Virus record (IMG/VR): IMGVR_UViG_3300027769_000122
Location: 1-24,965 of that record
Direction: 5' to 3' (one strand)
DNA length: 24,965 nt
DNA from: a virus
Taxonomy: Duplodnaviria > Caudoviricetes
The notes under the pieces were generated by a model. That model saw only the letters and a list, made by a program, of their open reading frames with translations. It ran no database searches and had not been told where the DNA came from. The translations under genes and the position numbers were made by a program. Each line of letters starts with the position of its first letter. The first letter of the stretch is position 1. Shown piece after piece: positions 19,132 to 24,965 of the stretch.

Positions 19132-21604
19132 TGGTTATTACAGCCATTCCAGAACCAGAACCATTTGCAAAAGTTAATCCTTCAGAACTTATACTCACAT
19201 TTCTTCCAAACCAACTGGTTGTTCCAGCTCCCGTATTATTAAACACAAAGATTACATTTGTACTATGATTACTTAAAATACTATTTACAGTTGCTGTTTT
19301 TCCTGACAAAGAACCAGTTATAATTTCATTTGCAGTAAATCCTATAGTATTTATTCCTATTTGTGTAGTTCCTCTAAATCCTGTTATAGATGAAATTATT
19401 CCACTGCTTGATCCTGCAATATTTTCATTTAACAAGAAACCAGAATTTGTAGAAACACTTAAACATTTTGTATCAGATCCTGTTACATTTCCATGCGTCA
19501 CAACTCTTCTTGATTGGCCTATAAAAATATCAGCTCTTGTTCCTGTAGACAAATTTGCAGTTTGCAATCCATTGAATATTGTATTGTCTGAAACATGAAC
19601 ATTATCAATATAACCATTCCATCCCAAAAGTGTTGATCCCTGTCCTGATACAACGATTGCCGATTCCGCACCTCCAGCTGGTTGTTGTGTTCCTGATGTT
19701 CTAGTTCCATCTATATTATTATTTTTGCAGATAACAGATTTTTTTACGGGACGACAATATAAAGCACTGCCGTCATATGAATTAAAAATTTTATTTCCTT
19801 GAAAAATTACACTATTTGCTATTATATTGCTACCGGCATGTATCAACATTCCTCCAACATTGCTGCATGTATTGTTTGAAAAATTAATAGTATTAAACAG
19901 TGCTTGACATATTCCAGCAGCAGCAGCACCAGCTCCTATATGCGCTGCACCCTGTGGATAATTTTTTCCAGCCTGAATTACATTTCCTTCAATAATAACA
20001 TCTATGTCTTCACCAGTATAACCACGATTTATTAAGGAAAGCCACATTCTTCTGTCAGTATCCCCAGCGGTTCGTGTTTGATTTTCATTAGCGTATTCCA
20101 TTACATTATTGGAAATATTAATTATTCCACCCTGAGCGGTAGTAAAACCTAAAGAATCAAATTGTCCACCAATATTGACAAATACACCAACTGTGTTAAC
20201 ATCTGGTACATTGTTAGTTCGCATATAATTATTTTGAATATTGAGATTTGTGCCTTTTAAGAAACCAACATATATCAAACCTGCATTTTCTCCAATAATT
20301 TGACAACCATCGATTGTTATTTTATCGCCTGCAATATTAAATCCACCATCAACAAAACAATTCACAAATTTAATATATTCTGCACCTAAATGGGTATCAA
20401 CTGCTCCAATTATATTTGATGAATTTGATGAATCTGTAATTCTTAAAGCCGAAATTCCATTAAATGTTATATTTCTGTTAATAACACCTAAAGATGGATA
20501 ATAACGACCACTACCACTAAGATAAGTTGGAGTGGTTCCTATTGTAGTTGCGTGTCGTGCTGCAGTGTAATAACCACCATTTACTAAAATATTTTGGCTA
20601 TTATATATGGTAAGCCCATAATCTAAACCATATTGACCACCGCCAACATCTTCAGCGTAGCAATTATTTACATATAAATTATCACACTGTCCTAAATTTA
20701 ATGCTTCTGCTGAACAATTTGTTACTTTTACATTTTCAATTGCTGTATCTTTTAGATATCTTAATTCTATTCCAATATCATAACTTCCTGATATACCTTG
20801 ACCAATAACACCTAAATTTTTAACACTTCCATTTGAATAATTTAAAACTTTATATAAAGATAAACCAGATAAAGAATAATTATCATAAAAAGTTCCTTGA
20901 ATTACAGCACCCGTGGTTCCCTGTATTAGACCTATTCTTCTTATTTCACCTTTATTTGGTGGAAAATCTGTTATATATAAATTCCAAGCAGTATTTCCGG
21001 TAACCCAAACCATGTCACCTACTGACAATCCGTGTGGTGTTGTAAAATTTAATGTTCTGCTTCCTTCAGAAATACCAGAGACTAAATTTGGTAACAAACT
21101 CCAAGTAACACCAGATACTGAATTTTTTAATACTGGTATTTGCGTACCCCAACAAGAACCTGCGCGACCATCGATCATCGATAAACTTGGACCATCACCA
21201 AAAATAGAAATATCTTTTGGAATTGTAAGAGTCGCATTAACTTTGTAGGTTCCCGCCGGAAAATAAATATTTTGATAACCAGAATTCAAAGCATTTTGAA
21301 TTGCTGTTGTATCATTTGCAACACCATTTCCAAGTGCACCGTATTCTTTTACAGATACAGAATAATTTATTAGTGCGCCAGTTATAGATCCTGTTTTACC
21401 ATTTATCGAAGACACTCCAGTTACAGCACCAGTAAGTCCATTAAATGAAGATACGTTTAAACTATTATTTGCTGTAACGCCACCGATAGTAGATCCATCA
21501 CCAACATACAATAATTTGGTATCAGTTGTATAAATTATCTCACCTGCAAGAGGTGTTATGGTCAATCTTTCGGCGTTGGTTCCTCGTCTCAGTTGAAATG
21601 GCAT
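19127..21604 (-). CDS. Tailspike/depolymerase: Mtd_N-like anchor plus right-handed beta-helix
   Basis: Same N-terminus as 17122..19104; VSVKEYGALGNGVANDTTAIQNAL..IYFPAGTYKV; repeated I.I.NN/GN beta-helix rungs. Confidence 0.8.
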   Translation of the reverse strand: MPFQLRRGTNAERLTITPLAGEIIYTTDTKLLYVGDGSTIGGVTANNSLNVSSFNGLTGAVTGVSSINGKTGSITGALINYSVSVKEYGALGNGVANDTTAIQNALNSGYQNIYFPAGTYKVNATLTIPKDISIFGDGPSLSMIDGRAGSCWGTQIPVLKNSVSGVTWSLLPNLVSGISEGSRTLNFTTPHGLSVGDMVWVTGNTAWNLYITDFPPNKGEIRRIGLIQGTTGAVIQGTFYDNYSLSGLSLYKVLNYSNGSVKNLGVIGQGISGSYDIGIELRYLKDTAIENVKVTNCSAEALNLGQCDNLYVNNCYAEDVGGGQYGLDYGLTIYNSQNILVNGGYYTAARHATTIGTTPTYLSGSGRYYPSLGVINRNITFNGISALRITDSSNSSNIIGAVDTHLGAEYIKFVNCFVDGGFNIAGDKITIDGCQIIGENAGLIYVGFLKGTNLNIQNNYMRTNNVPDVNTVGVFVNIGGQFDSLGFTTAQGGIINISNNVMEYANENQTRTAGDTDRRMWLSLINRGYTGEDIDVIIEGNVIQAGKNYPQGAAHIGAGAAAAGICQALFNTINFSNNTCSNVGGMLIHAGSNIIANSVIFQGNKIFNSYDGSALYCRPVKKSVICKNNNIDGTRTSGTQQPAGGAESAIVVSGQGSTLLGWNGYIDNVHVSDNTIFNGLQTANLSTGTRADIFIGQSRRVVTHGNVTGSDTKCLSVSTNSGFLLNENIAGSSSGIISSITGFRGTTQIGINTIGFTANEIITGSLSGKTATVNSILSNHSTNVIFVFNNTGAGTTSWFGRNVSISSEGLTFANGSGSGMAVITI

Positions 21605-21630
21605 ATTTTATCCCTTATACTAATATTTAT
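21474..21630 (-). repeat. 157-bp imperfect direct repeat, copy 2 (contains ATAAATA at 21624-21630)
   Basis: See copy 1. Confidence 0.95.
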
Positions 21631-21643
21631 TAGTTTTTTAAAA

Positions 21644-22480
21644 TTATAATCCGCTTGCAGAAGTAAAACCAAACCCACCATCAAAGTATACACTATTTGG
21701 TATAGTAACCGATCCCATATCTATAGGTGATGCTTGTATTAAAAATTCTAAAGTGTTAGATACCGTAACACCAATCTGCCCAAAATCTAAACTATATAAT
21801 GCTGGTATATTTGATCCAGAACTACCAGTTATTGTAACATTGCCTGTCTGGCCATTTACAGTATAAACAATATTATTTGCTTGTATTCTTCCGTTTATCT
21901 GAGCAGTACCACCAGAAGGAGTTATTACTAAATTTCCTACTGAACTGACATCTAAATCGACATAATTTGTTAGACCAACTGGAATATTATATCCAAGTCT
22001 TACATTTTTTCCAGTACTGTGGTTTACAAATAATGCTGAAGTTGTATTAGATGTTCTATTAATATTAAAATTAATATTATAAGTTCCACCACGGTAATCT
22101 ATAGCATTGATTCTGTTAACATTAGATTCTATGTATATAGCGGCAGTGTCACCGATAGAAACATCCCGTGAGCCCAGTGATAAACTAACTGGTGCAACAA
22201 CTGAAAATGCGTTGTTGTTATTTATTCCCTCAGCATTTATAAAAGTAGCTGTGCTCGGACGAATTAAAGTTATTCCAGCAGCGCTTATTCCAGATAAAAA
22301 GTTTTGTACTCCAGAAAAATTTTGAGCACTGTTTGTTACGGCCAAATTTGTTATTGCGCCAGTTTGTCCGTTTACAGACGTTACTGCTCCAGTAGGACCA
22401 ACAGGACCTTGAATGCCCTGCGGTCCCTGTAATCCGTATAGTGCCGTATATACAGTTACATTAGGAATTCTATTGCTCAT
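21644..22480 (-). CDS. Short fibre/adaptor protein (short collagen stretch, VNGQTG repeats, C-terminal D-x-G motifs)
   Basis: GLQGPQGIQGPVGPTG, SVNGQTGAIT and TVNGQTGNVT, tail LDFG..IDMG..FDGG. Confidence 0.65.
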   Translation of the reverse strand: MSNRIPNVTVYTALYGLQGPQGIQGPVGPTGAVTSVNGQTGAITNLAVTNSAQNFSGVQNFLSGISAAGITLIRPSTATFINAEGINNNNAFSVVAPVSLSLGSRDVSIGDTAAIYIESNVNRINAIDYRGGTYNINFNINRTSNTTSALFVNHSTGKNVRLGYNIPVGLTNYVDLDVSSVGNLVITPSGGTAQINGRIQANNIVYTVNGQTGNVTITGSSGSNIPALYSLDFGQIGVTVSNTLEFLIQASPIDMGSVTIPNSVYFDGGFGFTSASGL

Positions 22481-22481
22481 T

Positions 22482-22877
22482 TTAGTTTTCTGTTACCTGT
22501 AATAGACTGTTGATCGTTCCTCTCAATAGCGTAACGATGCCACCATTGTTTGGATATTGCATTTGAATGTCGTAGAATACTGGAACATAATCTGGGAACT
22601 GGTTTGTGTAATTTGATCCTACCGTTACGTATATAAGTCCACCTGTGCCAGTTACTGCTATACCACCTGTAACACCGTCGGGTGGATTGAATGTGGTTCC
22701 AGAAGTAACCCCCTGAACATATTTTACAATCTCATTTCCGGGATAATAAGATTTTCTGATTTCCATAGTCAAAGTGACCCCCGTGAGGTTGTATGCGGCT
22801 CCAGTGCCACCACAAACCCCCATGGCCCATGTTACGGTATCACCTTTTACTATAGTAGGATTGTACGAGTCTGCCAT
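22482..22877 (-). CDS. BppU-like/virion adaptor beta-sandwich protein
   Basis: IVKGDT...YNLTG...MEIRKSY...G.IYV...FYDIQM...TLLRG.I pattern. Start moved from 22889 to ATG 22877, which has a GGGAG RBS. Confidence 0.6.
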   Translation of the reverse strand: MADSYNPTIVKGDTVTWAMGVCGGTGAAYNLTGVTLTMEIRKSYYPGNEIVKYVQGVTSGTTFNPPDGVTGGIAVTGTGGLIYVTVGSNYTNQFPDYVPVFYDIQMQYPNNGGIVTLLRGTINSLLQVTEN

Positions 22878-22887
22878 TTTTGCTCCC

Positions 22888-22920
22888 AAAAAATAATAGC
22901 CTTTATTAGAGGCTATTATT
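22888..22920 (-). terminator. Inverted repeat with U-tract, probable terminator after the gp62-regA-GT unit
   Basis: AATAATAGCCT-ctaataa-AGGCTATTATT (11-bp perfect stem) then TTTT on the minus strand. Confidence 0.6.
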
Positions 22921-22923
22921 AAG

Positions 22924-22930
22924 TATTTAG
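22924..22930 (-). promoter_or_regulatory. Variant late promoter CTAAATA
   Basis: CTAAATACTTAA shares TAAATACTTAA with the promoter at 13701; only candidate upstream of the structural cluster. Confidence 0.45.
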
Positions 22931-22943
22931 GTCTTTTTAAAAA

Positions 22944-24167
22944 TTAAAGAGTCACTGCAACTTTTTTAGGATCTATATCCAAAGTTGTCCTATTCATGTT
23001 TTTTGCAGCTTTTTCTGCCCAATCTTTTTGTTGCTCTGCAACCTGTTCTTGGAACTTTTGGAAAGCCTGCATATAAATTTTGTAATTATTTTCTACTCTT
23101 GGTCTGTGTTCGTTAGGCAAGTGTGGCTCGCTTAACAATTTTTGACATGCTGCCATACCTGCTTGCGGTCTTCCAGCATAAAACGCTGTCGTACCGATTT
23201 CGTCAAAAATTCCCCAAAGATAGTTTGCGTTGTCAACGAACAAGATATCATTCTGTGGTAGTGGCATGCTCAGACCCAATGAGGCCACTAGGAAGGCATT
23301 TCTTGGTCTTTCATATTTTCTATAAATGCAAGACAAGTGATATAGTGGTTCGACTCTATTTGGAGCACTTTCAAATGCCATCATGAATGCATCTGCAATC
23401 TGTTCAACTGGCTTGCCCAAAAATTCTCTGCACATACCAACACGCATCCATGAGAAGAATACCTCTTCATGCCAGCCACCTTGCTTAATGCGCTTCATGT
23501 ACTCTTCTTCGGCAATCGCAAACATTCTTGCATCAAATGCCGACTGAGCTGCATAAAATTGCTTTCTTGGTTGATCTGGATTCTTGTCCAAGAATCCCTT
23601 CAAAACGTAATAATCCTTGGTATACTTTTCGATGTCGTTTGATACAGATCTGGAACGACAACCTTCTGTCCTTACTTCCCAAGCATAATCGCCTTCAAGC
23701 TTCTGGACATTCATTGGCTGTTCGCAAATAGCATATTCGTGAAGTGGCTCTTCATACCACCACTTCTTCTTTGCTAGATTGAACAATTGGGCTCTTAGCC
23801 ACTTAAACTCTCCACGCTTGATTTGGACAACATAACCGTCCAAATTATCGTCAAACTTGTCAACTGGTAGAGTTCCAACGATAAAGTCGTCGGCATCAAT
23901 CATCATTGCCCACTTGGTTTTACCTAGGCAAAGTTCAAGTGCCTTAGAACGATTTGTACCGAAGTCAGACCATTCATGGTCGTGAATCTCCCCCGGAATA
24001 CCCTTTTCATCAAAAAACTTTTTGATGATCTCCTTTGTATTGTCGGTGGATCCTGTATCACAGATTACATAGTAATCAATGAATGGTGCGCATGAAGCCA
24101 AGCATCTTTCGATGTTTGGAGCTTCGTTCTTTACGATCATACTCAAAGTTAATTTGTGCATATTCAT
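22944..24167 (-). CDS. Family-2 glycosyltransferase with TPR-like C-terminal domain
   Basis: SMIVKNE...IERCL, DTGSTD, W.DFG.NRS, DADD (DxD), PLHE, followed by helical TPR-like repeats (FYAAQS, PNRVEPLYHL). The second ATG (24161) has the better RBS (TAAGGA). Confidence 0.9.
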   Translation of the reverse strand: MNMHKLTLSMIVKNEAPNIERCLASCAPFIDYYVICDTGSTDNTKEIIKKFFDEKGIPGEIHDHEWSDFGTNRSKALELCLGKTKWAMMIDADDFIVGTLPVDKFDDNLDGYVVQIKRGEFKWLRAQLFNLAKKKWWYEEPLHEYAICEQPMNVQKLEGDYAWEVRTEGCRSRSVSNDIEKYTKDYYVLKGFLDKNPDQPRKQFYAAQSAFDARMFAIAEEEYMKRIKQGGWHEEVFFSWMRVGMCREFLGKPVEQIADAFMMAFESAPNRVEPLYHLSCIYRKYERPRNAFLVASLGLSMPLPQNDILFVDNANYLWGIFDEIGTTAFYAGRPQAGMAACQKLLSEPHLPNEHRPRVENNYKIYMQAFQKFQEQVAEQQKDWAEKAAKNMNRTTLDIDPKKVAVTL

Positions 24168-24169
24168 CC

Positions 24170-24595
24170 TTATGTATTAAAAAACCTACGAAGAGAACCG
24201 GGATTAAACTTTGGGATCAAGTCCCAATCATCCCGTTCATTATATTTAATGATTTTTAAACCTGCCAATGGCATCTTTTCTTTTACTTTTTGCTTATCTA
24301 CTATCTCTAGCAGCTCCCAGTCTTCAAGAAGTTGAATGATGGCATTCCTTCTTTTAATGTCGTCTTCCGAGACATTTGATGGGAGACCATCTAAAGCAAA
24401 TAGTTCTTTAAAATGAGCTACAATGTACACATCATTTTTATGAATGAGATGGCATGATTGATAAAGTATTTTTTTACCTTTTGGGGACACGCCTATCCGA
24501 GATAGGGTTTCTCTTACAACCATGAAATCTTCAGGATCAAATAAGTTTACATGAACGCCTACATTATTAAAAATTTTATCTGAGTTTTCCGACAT
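24170..24595 (-). CDS. regA: T4-like translational repressor RegA
   Basis: DFMVVRETLSRIGV..K..LYQSCHLIHK..YIVAHFKELFALDG...DD..RRN.I..LL.DW.L; canonical position downstream of gp62. Confidence 0.95.
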   Translation of the reverse strand: MSENSDKIFNNVGVHVNLFDPEDFMVVRETLSRIGVSPKGKKILYQSCHLIHKNDVYIVAHFKELFALDGLPSNVSEDDIKRRNAIIQLLEDWELLEIVDKQKVKEKMPLAGLKIIKYNERDDWDLIPKFNPGSLRRFFNT

Positions 24596-24601
24596 ACAGC
24601 C

Positions 24602-24964
24602 TCACTCTTTATTATTAAGTCCACCCTTTTGTAAGAAAAGCTTTAACTTTTCTATATCACTGGGTCCAAGTATATTTAGGACTTCTTGAGCTTTGGCGTC
24701 TGTGTATCCGTAAACCTCTTTAATTATAGCTAGATTGTCTTCGGTTTCTTTTTTGATCCAATGAGAAAACCGCTTTTTTTTCCTAACAGAAAGCCGATAA
24801 AAATCAAACTGCATCTTCTTATCAGTCCACCAATGGCAGTTTATCTCGTTGGCGTGGAATATAGTATCTGCAAAATATGAAAGACACTTATTAACGATAA
24901 ATGGCGGATAGATTTTATCCGCTTTTTCATCCTGATCGAACAGGGGTTTTTTATCGTAATTTAT
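24602..24964 (-). CDS. 62: Clamp-loader small subunit (T4 gp62-like); 5' end outside the window
   Basis: The frame is open to the right edge: INYDKKPLFD...YPPFIVNKCLSYFADTIFHANEIN...KKMQFDFY..SVRKKKRFSHW.K...IKEVYGY...KA. The ORF track shows only the last 70 aa. Confidence 0.9.
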   Translation of the reverse strand: MNYDKKPLFDQDEKADKIYPPFIVNKCLSYFADTIFHANEINCHWWTDKKMQFDFYRLSVRKKKRFSHWIKKETEDNLAIIKEVYGYTDAKAQEVLNILGPSDIEKLKLFLQKGGLNNKE

Positions 24965-24965
24965 G

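Noticed and set aside
18974-21630. Diversity-generating retroelement (TR/VR pair), suggested by Mtd_N-like domains and a repeat pair
   Set aside because: The repeat is at the 5' end and includes the promoter, mismatches are not adenine-specific (e.g. ACC/ACT), and there is no reverse transcriptase in the window.
22944-24167. DNA glucosyltransferase (T4 agt/bgt type)
   Set aside because: The T4 enzymes are GT-B fold. This protein has GT-A/GT2 motifs plus TPR-like helices, typical of protein or peptide acceptors.

Overview
This 25-kb window comes from a T4-like (Tevenvirinae/cyanophage-type) myovirus genome. Its ends are the conserved replication cluster on the minus strand: the gp62 clamp-loader small subunit (truncated at the right edge) and regA on the right, and the 5' half of the gp43 family-B DNA polymerase on the left. 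About 23 kb lies between regA and gp43. It holds a GT2-TPR glycosyltransferase, a late cluster of fibre, spike and collagen-like proteins, dUTPase, an oppositely oriented membrane/lysis-like cassette with a large lectin-like fibre gene, and an Nmad1/DUF1599-like gene. The late cluster includes two beta-helix tailspikes that share a 157-bp duplicated promoter+RBS+N-terminal anchor, two equal-length paralogues and a Cys-rich protein. T4-type late promoters (N)ATAAATA precede most structural genes, several at near-leaderless spacing. The most interesting signal is a candidate virion-glycosylation system. The structural proteins are rich in G-x-T (occasionally G-x-C) motifs, one of two paralogues has 13 such motifs against 3 in its sister, and the glycosyltransferase sits directly upstream of the cluster. 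All calls come from reading motifs by eye. No database search was run.
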